Below, one piece after another: positions 1 to 7,578 of a DNA stretch of 15,269 nucleotides. Numbering within the stretch: the first letter of the stretch is position 1; each line of letters opens with the position of its first letter. A model generated the notes under the pieces. That model did not search any database. It was not told the origin of the DNA and worked only from the letters and a program-made list of their open reading frames with translations. The stretch comes from a bacterium (GTDB taxonomy: Bacteria; SZUA-182; DTGQ01; JAFGSM01): assembly GCA_049472315.1 (NCBI GenBank), contig JBLIRN010000065.1, positions 1-15,269 of the forward strand, read 5' to 3'. The position numbers were made by a program, and so were the translations under genes.

Positions 1-3000
1 GTGCCGAAGGCAAGGCCGATGAGCTTTGCGTCCTCCGCAGCGGCAAACATCGCTGCTTCGGTACCAAACCCCGAAAGGTCGATGACCTGCCAGAAGAGGT
101 TGCTGTCCTGGCCCGTGTACGCCCTATCCCAGTCAAGTGTGGTGCCATTGGAGAACCATGCCCGCCAGTAAGGTCTCGGGAAGGCGGTACCGGTTCCATT
201 ACAATCATTGAAGGTAACGGGAAATGCCTTGGCGGTATCGACCGCACTGATTGTTTGATTCTCAGTGGAATCCGTGGTTGCCGCGCTGTCGCTTCCCCGT
301 TGTACATCCAAACTGCCATGGCTCACAACGAAATAGCGAATGGTGCAGGTTCCGGCGGTTGTATCCTGCCGGGAAAAGCGCAGCGTGGTTGAGTTGGACA
401 ACTCAACCTTTGCAGAGGTCTGGTCCAACCCATTGGTGTCAGCCTGCCAGTTCATGAAGACAAAGGTGTCCGCCATGGTTACGGCACCGATTGCCTGGGA
501 TTGCGGCGCGGCGTGCGTACCGCTTGTCAATGAAAAATCCCCCTGTTGCACGGACCAGCCGCTCCCCTTGAACTCCACCACGAACCAGTCCACGGTCGCA
601 ATGCTGTTTCCCGCGGTTCTCCTGAGCGCCAGATTGGTATTGGAGGTCATATACCCGCGGACATGTGCCTCGTTGTAGTAATCGGTAGCAGCACTGTCGC
701 TCGATACGGTGAGAAAAACCACCGTCTTGGTGTAATCCGTAATCCCCGCGCCGACGTTGATGTCGAGGTCTGCATCCGTATTGCCGGTAAAGGCACTGGA
801 TCCGGACTTCACATAGATCTCATCCCCGGTCAAATCCTCAACCACAAAGAAGGAATAGAAGCTATCGTTCGTGTTTGTTCCGCGGGTAAGGGTCACCTGA
901 TCGGCGGCGGTAAACCGCGCCCTTACCAGCACCTCGTTCGCATTCTGGTTGGCATTGAGGGAACCGCGCCCGGCCGACATCTTCCCTGCAGGGGCGAGAA
1001 TAAAGGCACGATCAAGACTGGATACGGCCGTGATGGGAACCGCCACCGAAGACTGCGCCCCCATGTTCCCCTGGTAGCTCTGAATGATGAAACCAGTGGC
1101 CTGTTCCCCTCCATCATCATTGCGCCACCGGGCGTGGATCTGGGTGAGGGTGGGGGCGCCGGCAAGGTGGGTGGCGTTTGCAGGTGCAACGCCGCCGGCG
1201 ATGTCCGTGACCAGGGTCACGTTTGCCGTTGCGAGACTGATGGTGACCGTGTCACCGGTCACCAGGTTTGCCACGTCACCCAGGAGTATGTAGTTCACCG
1301 TGGCGAGGGCCGCGATGTCGAAGTTCTCGCTGAAGGTGATGGTGGTGCACCCTGCATCCACCACCCCCGTTCCTCCCACCGAGGTGTCCTCGCCCGCCTC
1401 TAGGGTGCCGTCGTTGTCGGTGTCCACGTAGATCTCGAGGTTGCTGAAATCCCCCTGCACGATCCCGCTCACGGCACTCAAGGAGAACACGATCTGGTCG
1501 ACCTCGACCGTGACGCCCCTGCGGTTGATCAGATGGAAGGCGAAAAGCTCCGCATCGGTGACCGAGGCCGCATCGGTGAATGCGTCCGGCTCCTGGCCCG
1601 CGGCATGGTCGCCCAACTCCACGGCCACGCCTATCTCGGGCCCTACGATGAAGGAGTTGGGATCCGATTGGTTGAGGTACTCGGTCTCGATCCAGCAGAT
1701 ACTGCGTGCAATCCTGGATATGCGGACCTCATCTATATCTCCCTGCCAGTATCGCTGGTCATAGTTGTAGTACTGCCTTCCTATGCAGGCGATGTTGCCG
1801 CTATCCACCAATGGAGTTGCATCCGTATCGAGCTGCAGGTCACCATCAACGTAGATATAGTTGGTCCCGTTATCGACGACCCCGACCACATAATGCCAGT
1901 CGGTGTCGGTATAGGTGGTGTCACTGTCGGCACTTGTCATTGTTCCATTGCCCACCCAAAATCTAAACCTGTTGTCGGAATGTCTGACCAGTGCATACCC
2001 GTTATCGAGCGTATCATCCAATTTCCCGGCGATCCCCATGTATTCGCCGCTCGATCCTGCTATCTTCACCCATGCGGAAAGGGTGAGGTACCCGGTAATC
2101 TGCAGGGTCGGATCATTCCCCAAATCAATGTATGCCCCGCCGGCAACATCGCCGCTCGGAAAGTTAAACGCAGTGGATATCTGACCTGTAACACCAGGGG
2201 CAGGGCCCAGATACCCGCCTCCGTCCCCGGGCTTTCCCTCGCCATGATTACCATACGAGGTCGAATCAACGACCTCGTCGGTAGAACCGTTCAGGCTTCC
2301 CTCCTCCAGGTGCTGAACCGCCACATAGTCCGTATCCCACACCTCCTCCGGCTTCTCCGTGGGGGAGAAGATGCCCCTGTTGCCGTAATACATCCAGATG
2401 ATGGTGTCGCTGTCATAGCTGAGGGTGGGGATCCTCACCCAGGCCACCAGGTCGCCGTTGACGCCGTCATACAGCTCGACCTCGTGGTCAAGCACGACAA
2501 CGTCATTGGCATCCGTGAAGATGATGTCCCAGCCGTTGGGGTCCTCCACATGCCCCCCGTTCGCCCTGCTCTTGAGGCCCGCATCGTTGTATATCTGGAT
2601 GAGGAACGGGAAGTCGGTCAGGTCCGAGGCGCAGCTCGGCCCGATCACGGACTGGTCGATGGTGATCTGTTTTTTGTACCCGAAACCGGATATGCACACA
2701 TGGGTGGCGGCCGTTACGCCGCCGGACGCGGTGCCTCCCCCCAGGATGGCGACGCTGTCCGTTCCAAGATCGATGGTGATCGTATCGTTGGGAAGCAGGC
2801 TGCTCACGTCCCCTGTGAGGATATAGTTCACCGTGACCCCCTTGGCGATGACGAAATCGGTGCTGAAGGTGATGGAGGTCACCCCTGCATCAACGACGCC
2901 GGCCCCACCCACCGTGGTGGACTCGCCCGCCTCGATCACACCGTCGTTGTCCGTATCCACATAGATCAGGAGGTTTGCGAAGTCCCCCTGCTCAATCCCC

Positions 3001-6000
3001 GAGACCGAGGAGAGCTGGAATACGACCTGGTCCACGGTGACCGGGCTCGCCTCGTTGTTAGTGAACTGGAAGGCGAACAGCTCCGCCCCGGTGACACTTT
3101 CGTTCTCGCCGAACTTGTCGGTCTCCTGCCCGGCTGCATGGTCGGCAAGGACTACATCCACGACCCCCAGCCTGGGGCCGATTTCATAGAAATCCGGATC
3201 GGCATGGTTGTTGTATTCGGTCTCGATCCAGCAGTCGGATCGTGTGATTCTGGAGATGCGCACCTCGTCGATGGAGCCGTCGAATCCCCTGGTCAGGTCG
3301 GTTGTGTTACCGATAAGCAGGTCATAGGGGGCATCGTCCAGGAACGCACCGCTTCCGATGACCCGGGTCTGGTATGTCGGCTCCGAACCGTTGATGAAGA
3401 GCTTCCCGATGGCGTTGGCGTTGTCGTACACCGCCACCACGTGCTGCCACTGCTGGAGTGCGATTGAGCCGTTCAGCGCGTGCAGGTCGCCGTCGGTGGT
3501 TGCACGCCAGCGCATGAACCGGAGGGTGAGGTCGGCGTCCTGGTTTCGCACATAGAATCCCAACCGGTATTCACCGGTATCACCCCCCAGGGCCTTGTCG
3601 ATGATGCGGCCGCGCAGAGACCCCCCCCATGTATCCGGGTAGATCCATGCCTCCAGGGTGATACCGTCCATGTTGTCGAAATCGCTGTTGCTCCCCATGT
3701 CCACGTAGTCATTCACCCCGTCGTAGCTCTGTGCGTTCGCGATGTATCCGGCGGCATCGGTCGAGCCGTTGTTCGTGCCGTCGTGGCTGTTCGCGGTGGA
3801 ATCCAGGAAGTCGTCGTGGAAGTGCCACACCGCCAGATAATCGTCGTCCCACACCCCCTCGGGGTTCTCCGTGGGGGAGGTGATGCCGTTGTTGCCGTAG
3901 TAGATATAGATGGATGTATTGGTGGTGTACGAAAGGACGGGTATCCTCACCCAGGCCACCAGCCTGCCGGCGGCACTGTCGTACAGCTCCACCTCGTGGT
4001 CGAGCTGGACCGCGCCCGACTCATCCTTGAAGATGATGTCGTAGCCGTTTACGTTCTCGATGCACCCGCCGCTTGCCGTGTTCTTCAGGTCGTTGTCCGT
4101 CATCTCGAAAAGGAAGGGGAAGCTGGCGAGGTTGGAGGCACAGCTTGCACCCACCGCGGTGTGGTCGATGGTGATAAGCCTGCGGTAGGCATAGACGTAT
4201 TCCTTCTCGTGGGTGACACTTGTAGTGCCTGAGCCGCCCGTGCTCCCTATGGCGAGGGTCACGTCGCCTGTGCCCAGGCCGATGGTGAGTTTATCACCCT
4301 CCGCCAGGGAGGTCACGTTCCCTCTCAGGATATAGTTGACCGTAGCGCCCGCACCAATGGTAAAATCGGTCAAGAAGGTGATGGTGCCGGTCGCGCCCGT
4401 GACGTTCGCGGCTCCTTCACCGCCGACTGTGGTATTCTCACCCGTCTCGATGGCACCGTCGGCATCGTTATCCACGTAGATCTTCAGATTGCCGAAGTCG
4501 CCCGTGACGATACCGGTGATCGATGAGAGCTGGAACACCACCGAGTCCACGGTTGCAGCCGAAGTGCCGTTATTTGAAAGCTTGAAGGAGAAGAGCTCTG
4601 CGCCGTTGACCGAGTTCCCCACGCCGAACTTGTCCCCCTCCTGGCCCGCATCGTGATTTCCAAGGCTCACCCCCTGTGACGGGTTGAGGCTCACCGCCAC
4701 GATGACCTGGCGATAATGGTTGGTGCCAAAATGATATGCACTCGCCGTATCCGTGCCGGTTGCCGTGATCATGTGCTCTGCCGTACTCATCGCCGCCTGT
4801 ACGGTATCCTGATTCGAACACGTGTCCCAGCCGTTTCCCCAGGTATAGGGATCGTCGTCCCCGGCCACGGCGCCTGCAATGGCTATCCCTCCTTCAACCA
4901 CATTACCGGTCACCTCGATAGGGTTGGTAATCGGGTCAACCGAGTCCTCATTTTGAGCGGTATCTTCAAAGGGGTCTGCCTGATCAACGTTGGCATAGGT
5001 CGCAGCCGCATGAAAGGGATCATTGGGGACTACGTATTCGCCATACAATAATATATTTAAATTTCTACTTCCAAAACTACATGGATATACCGTTCCAATA
5101 CCCGGAACATTCGGTAATCCTCCAGGATTTTGATAATAATATTGTATGGCTCCTTCATCGCCTCTTTCAAGACGTACTGTATTACACCAGAATCCCAAAT
5201 AATCCCCACTGTTTACTTGTAAATTAACTGAATGGGTTTGTTCACCCGTGGCAGTAACTGTTAAATTAGCAAAATCCCTGACAGTGAAATCATTGCCACT
5301 TTTACTGCAAGTAAAAACACGGAAGTCACCATCTCCAACTTCATATACATTAAATGTAATTTTATTCAAATAACCGTTTGCATTAGCTGGATTCACATAA
5401 TTTATATAAATATTGGTAGTCTGCGTTGGATCAGCTATGCTGGAATCTAACATTCCAACATCAATAGCAGAATAAGAATAACTTACAGCAAAATCATGGC
5501 TGCCGCCCGGAATGCCGGCATCGAGAAGATACCAGATCTCACATCGGGCCTTAACGCCGCTGGCTGAAGTGATGCAACCCACAGCCTCGGACATGGGGAC
5601 GCCGCCATAGGTGACATTCGTAATATCCGAATCGCCTACAGGGCCATGTTCATAACCGGAGACAAAGACAAGGAGACGGTTCGTGCCGGAGGGTGCGGTG
5701 TAGCCCGTGAGGCCGGTGTGCCAGCCCCCCAGCCGGGAGACATCGCTCTCCTCGTCCGTGATGATGGTCAGCTCCCATCCGCCGGCAATGGAGCCGCCAT
5801 CCCAGTCGGCGTCGTCCCTGACATACAGGCTCCAGACACCCTGGGGGTTCAGGCCGTTGAACATGGAGAGCTGTGTGCCCGTATAGGGGGGCGCGGGTGC
5901 CGGCGAGGGGAGGGTGTCGCCCTGTGCGGTCTCGCAGGGCTTGTATATCCCTGAAACAACATCGGCGGCAGGGACGTCCTCTGTTGCACTGTCATCAAAG

Positions 6001-6335
6001 GTAAGGGTTACATCGTCGATGTCATACCCCTGGTCGGACATGAGCATGATCGACTGTCCACCCGGGCCCACCAGGAGGATATCGAGCTCGTTCCCTGCCC
6101 AGTCGTGGCTCACATCGATGAGCTTCACCATCACCTTGGTGACGGTGCCGGTGGTGGCCGGAACGGTAATGGTCGAGGGATAGGGCGTTGCTGCGCCGGA
6201 GCCGGGGATACTGATGTAGGTGGAGTTTGAATACACGGCAGCCTGCGCCGCGAAATGCGGCAGCAGACCGAGCATGATGCTTAAGACCACGGCAATGATT
6301 GCCGGGTGCCGGCAAATGCGTTGTATGATGTTCAT
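1..6335 (-). CDS. Giant secreted modular surface/adhesin-like protein (at least 2111 aa, 3' end outside the window)
   Basis: Manual translation from ATG at 6335 (GGAGG RBS at 6340-6344): MNIIQRICRHPAIIAVVLSIMLGLLPHFAAQA|AVYSNSTY... The frame stays open to the window edge (...EAAMFAAAEDAKLIGLAFGT), so with no stop it is missing from the ORF track. It has a Sec-type signal peptide and recognisable extracellular domains throughout. Confidence 0.95.
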   Translation of the reverse strand, partial: MNIIQRICRHPAIIAVVLSIMLGLLPHFAAQAAVYSNSTYISIPGSGAATPYPSTITVPATTGTVTKVMVKLIDVSHDWAGNELDILLVGPGGQSIMLMSDQGYDIDDVTLTFDDSATEDVPAADVVSGIYKPCETAQGDTLPSPAPAPPYTGTQLSMFNGLNPQGVWSLYVRDDADWDGGSIAGGWELTIITDEESDVSRLGGWHTGLTGYTAPSGTNRLLVFVSGYEHGPVGDSDITNVTYGGVPMSEAVGCITSASGVKARCEIWYLLDAGIPGGSHDFAVSYSYSAIDVGMLDSSIADPTQTTNIYINYVNPANANGYLNKITFNVYEVGDGDFRVFTCSKSGNDFTVRDFANLTVTATGEQTHSVNLQVNSGDYLGFWCNTVRLERGDEGAIQYYYQNPGGLPNVPGIGTVYPCSFGSRNLNILLYGEYVVPNDPFHAAATYANVDQADPFEDTAQNEDSVDPITNPIEVTGNVVEGGIAIAGAVAGDDDPYTWGNGWDTCSNQDTVQAAMSTAEHMITATGTDTASAYHFGTNHYRQVIVAVSLNPSQGVSLGNHDAGQEGDKFGVGNSVNGAELFSFKLSNNGTSAATVDSVVFQLSSITGIVTGDFGNLKIYVDNDADGAIETGENTTVGGEGAANVTGATGTITFLTDFTIGAGATVNYILRGNVTSLAEGDKLTIGLGTGDVTLAIGSTGGSGTTSVTHEKEYVYAYRRLITIDHTAVGASCASNLASFPFLFEMTDNDLKNTASGGCIENVNGYDIIFKDESGAVQLDHEVELYDSAAGRLVAWVRIPVLSYTTNTSIYIYYGNNGITSPTENPEGVWDDDYLAVWHFHDDFLDSTANSHDGTNNGSTDAAGYIANAQSYDGVNDYVDMGSNSDFDNMDGITLEAWIYPDTWGGSLRGRIIDKALGGDTGEYRLGFYVRNQDADLTLRFMRWRATTDGDLHALNGSIALQQWQHVVAVYDNANAIGKLFINGSEPTYQTRVIGSGAFLDDAPYDLLIGNTTDLTRGFDGSIDEVRISRITRSDCWIETEYNNHADPDFYEIGPRLGVVDVVLADHAAGQETDKFGENESVTGAELFAFQFTNNEASPVTVDQVVFQLSSVSGIEQGDFANLLIYVDTDNDGVIEAGESTTVGGAGVVDAGVTSITFSTDFVIAKGVTVNYILTGDVSSLLPNDTITIDLGTDSVAILGGGTASGGVTAATHVCISGFGYKKQITIDQSVIGPSCASDLTDFPFLIQIYNDAGLKSRANGGHVEDPNGWDIIFTDANDVVVLDHEVELYDGVNGDLVAWVRIPTLSYDSDTIIWMYYGNRGIFSPTEKPEEVWDTDYVAVQHLEEGSLNGSTDEVVDSTSYGNHGEGKPGDGGGYLGPAPGVTGQISTAFNFPSGDVAGGAYIDLGNDPTLQITGYLTLSAWVKIAGSSGEYMGIAGKLDDTLDNGYALVRHSDNRFRFWVGNGTMTSADSDTTYTDTDWHYVVGVVDNGTNYIYVDGDLQLDTDATPLVDSGNIACIGRQYYNYDQRYWQGDIDEVRISRIARSICWIETEYLNQSDPNSFIVGPEIGVAVELGDHAAGQEPDAFTDAASVTDAELFAFHLINRRGVTVEVDQIVFSLSAVSGIVQGDFSNLEIYVDTDNDGTLEAGEDTSVGGTGVVDAGCTTITFSENFDIAALATVNYILLGDVANLVTGDTVTISLATANVTLVTDIAGGVAPANATHLAGAPTLTQIHARWRNDDGGEQATGFIIQSYQGNMGAQSSVAVPITAVSSLDRAFILAPAGKMSAGRGSLNANQNANEVLVRARFTAADQVTLTRGTNTNDSFYSFFVVEDLTGDEIYVKSGSSAFTGNTDADLDINVGAGITDYTKTVVFLTVSSDSAATDYYNEAHVRGYMTSNTNLALRRTAGNSIATVDWFVVEFKGSGWSVQQGDFSLTSGTHAAPQSQAIGAVTMADTFVFMNWQADTNGLDQTSAKVELSNSTTLRFSRQDTTAGTCTIRYFVVSHGSLDVQRGSDSAATTDSTENQTISAVDTAKAFPVTFNDCNGTGTAFPRPYWRAWFSNGTTLDWDRAYTGQDSNLFWQVIDLSGFGTEAAMFAAAEDAKLIGLAFG
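75..1090 (-). repeat. Four tandem ~85 aa beta repeats (H-type-lectin/phage tail-fibre-like) within the giant protein
   Basis: Units: IIQSYQG...AVSSLDRAF...LTR...YSFFVVED; IYVKSGS...ITDYTKTVV...LALRR...VDWFVVEF; WSVQQGD...AVTMADTFV...LRFSR...IRYFVVSH; LDVQRGS...ISAVDTAKAF...LDWDR...LFWQVIDL. The fold assignment is by motif resemblance only. Confidence 0.7.
1167..1622 (-). repeat. Spacer domain, copy 3 (~152 aa, DxDxDG motif)
   Basis: VELGDHAAGQEPDAF...AELFAFHL...GIVQGDFSNLEIYVDTDNDGTLEAGE...TVNYILLGDV...ATH; homologous to the copies at 2700-3155 and 4209-4670. Confidence 0.9.
1640..2690 (-). other. DUF2341 + LamG-like jellyroll unit, copy 2
   Basis: GYKKQITIDQ...DFPFLI...WDIIFTD...LDHEVELYD...LVAWVRIPTLS...MYYGN...VWD, then LTLSAWVK...WHYVVGV...IYVDG...IGR...WQGDIDEVRISRIARSICWIETEY. 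Confidence 0.85.
2700..3155 (-). repeat. Spacer domain, copy 2 (~152 aa, DxDxDG motif)
   Basis: VVLADHAAGQETDKFG...GAELFAFQF...GIEQGDFANLLIYVDTDNDGVIEAGE...TVNYILTGDV...ATH. Confidence 0.9.
3177..4199 (-). other. DUF2341 + LamG-like jellyroll unit, copy 1
   Basis: YAYRRLITIDH...SFPFLF...YDIIFKD...LDHEVELYD...LVAWVRIPVLS...IYYGN...VWDDDYLAVWHF, then ITLEAWIYP...WQHVVAVYD...LFING...IGN...FDGSIDEVRISRITRSDCWIETEYNN. Confidence 0.85.
4209..4670 (-). repeat. Spacer domain, copy 1 (~154 aa, DxDxDG motif)
   Basis: VSLGNHDAGQEGDKFG...GAELFSFKL...GIVTGDFGNLKIYVDNDADGAIETGE...TVNYILRGNV...VTH. Confidence 0.9.
5033..5478 (-). other. AT-rich in-frame inserted domain (~148 aa) inside the giant gene
   Basis: GC is 15/60 at 5341-5400 and 16/60 at 5041-5100, versus 43/60 at 5701-5760. 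It translates without stops: SAIDVGMLDSS...NPANANGYLNKITF...FTVRDFANLTVTATGEQTHSVNLQVNSGDYLGFW...LLYGEY. Boundaries are approximate. Confidence 0.85.
5760..6235 (-). other. Proprotein-convertase P-domain-like N-terminal domain of the giant protein
   Basis: PYPSTITV...VTKVMVKLIDVSHDW..ELDILLVGPGG...LTFDDSA...LSMFNGLNPQGVWSLYVRDD...GSIAGGWELTI matches the P_proprotein-like pattern. No protease catalytic domain is seen in the window. Confidence 0.8.
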
Positions 6336-6664
6336 GTAACCTCCCCCCGCGAGGGATCATCTATCAGCAAAACCGGTCGCCCGGGCAGACGATCCTATTT
6401 CAGGATGGTGGGAGGTTCAGTTTAAAACCCGCCGGAATCAGCGTCTCACGATCGCCGCCGGCCGCCCCATGCAATACAGATCATTTTTTTATGTCCCTCT
6501 TCCATAACCTTGGTCCCTCTCGCATACACACCTTTCCTGTTATACGTATATCGTCATTCCCTGCCCCAACCATCGGCGTAATGTATTAACATACTGTAAA
6601 ATATATCAAAATATCCTTTTTACGCCACCGTGTAGGGATACCCTCTACGGCCGGATTGTTTTAT

Positions 6665-6680
6665 AGCATATACCATGCCT
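6665..6680 (-). promoter_or_regulatory. Putative sigma54 (RpoN) -24/-12 promoter for the giant protein gene
   Basis: Minus strand reads AGGCATGGTATATGCT, i.e. GG-N10-GC, resembling the consensus TGGCACG-N4-TTGCW. It points at the 6335 start and has IHF-like and enhancer-like sites upstream. Confidence 0.6.
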
Positions 6681-6695
6681 GCAGTGAAAATATTA

Positions 6696-6708
6696 TATCT
6701 ATTTGTTA
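6696..6708 (+). promoter_or_regulatory. IHF-like binding site
   Basis: TATCTATTTGTTA is one mismatch from WATCAANNNNTTR. It lies in a very AT-rich tract between the sigma54 site and the palindromes. Confidence 0.35.
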
Positions 6709-6755
6709 TTATTATATTTTTATAGAATGGTCCACATGATTTGGCACGATGGTCA

Positions 6756-6791
6756 TGACAGTTTACGTCAGCCGATCAACAATTTTTGTCA
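6756..6791. promoter_or_regulatory. Paired palindromic sites (candidate enhancer/UAS), proximal pair
   Basis: TGAC-agtttac-GTCA (6756-6770) and CAAC-aattttt-GTCA (6777-6791), 21 bp apart. Confidence 0.5.
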
Positions 6792-6924
6792 AATAGTACT
6801 ATTTTATTAAAACAAACTACATAATGGAAAGAGGAGAGGCGGGAGGTGTAGAGGATGCGCCTGTGTGTATGGGGACGAATATCCTCTGAGAGGTGCTTGC
6901 ATAGCCGGATCGTTTCAGGAATAC

Positions 6925-6959
6925 TGACGATTCATGTCACGGGCTGACAATTCACGGCA
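6925..6959. promoter_or_regulatory. Paired palindromic sites (candidate enhancer/UAS), distal pair
   Basis: TGAC-gattcat-GTCA (6925-6939) and TGAC-aattcac-GGCA (6945-6959), 20 bp apart. Confidence 0.5.
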
Positions 6960-7146
6960 GCAAGGCATGTAAACACGCCTCGTTCTTCACCATACAACCA
7001 TGTCGATACCCTACGGAATCCATTTGCTTCAAGAAATGCGTGCGGATGGAATTGATGGTAATCCAAAGCGGAAGCGGGTGTTACAAGGGGACATACAAGG
7101 GAACCGTTGAGGAGGAAATAGGCTTTAAGTCGTGCAGATAGGGTTA

Positions 7147-7578
7147 TTAACGGCGGTTGATGGATTCCATATATCTCTGAATATATGACATAAACTCCAC
7201 GAAATCTCCAAGCCGGTTTTTCAGAACATCATATATCTTGCCCACATCCACCCTGATGTAATCATGGATTAAAATATTTCGAAGACCGGCCATGCCCTGA
7301 ATCCTTTCTGCAAAATCCCCAGGAAGGATTCCATGGTGGCCAAGCTTGCGGATGATTTCTCTGTAATCATCCCAATCGTTTCTGATCTCCGAGGCAAGGA
7401 TATGGGCGCCGATGTCCAGGAGATTTTGAATCAGGATCTCCAATCCCTTCTCTGCAATCCAGATAAGGCTCAGGTCATTTTCAAAATTCCCCAATGAAAC
7501 ATCCCGGTATCGTTCGAGATTTGCCAGTGCCTCTTCCATAGTGAGCAGGTGCTGCTCGATAACCTGTCGATCAAGCAT
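7147..7578 (-). CDS. hepT: HEPN RNase toxin (DUF86/HepT family) of a type VII toxin-antitoxin system
   Basis: 143 aa with the RX4HXY motif (GLRNILIHDY); overlaps the upstream MNT gene by 8 bp. Confidence 0.9.
   Translation of the reverse strand: MLDRQVIEQHLLTMEEALANLERYRDVSLGNFENDLSLIWIAEKGLEILIQNLLDIGAHILASEIRNDWDDYREIIRKLGHHGILPGDFAERIQGMAGLRNILIHDYIRVDVGKIYDVLKNRLGDFVEFMSYIQRYMESINRR

Noticed and set aside
546..4232. Long plus-strand ORFs 546-1403 (285 aa), 1533-3467 (644 aa) and 3480-4232 (250 aa)
   Set aside because: Antisense shadows of the giant minus-strand gene; V/G/H/R-rich with no recognisable motifs.
5033..5478. Intein, intron or diversity-generating retroelement explanation for the AT-rich insert
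   Set aside because: No intein C-terminal His-Asn motif, no reverse transcriptase, and no template/variable repeat pair with adenine-specific differences in the window.
6742..6757. Plus-strand TGGCACG as a second sigma54 promoter
   Set aside because: There is no GC at the -12 position (GG-N10-AT) and no plus-strand gene downstream.
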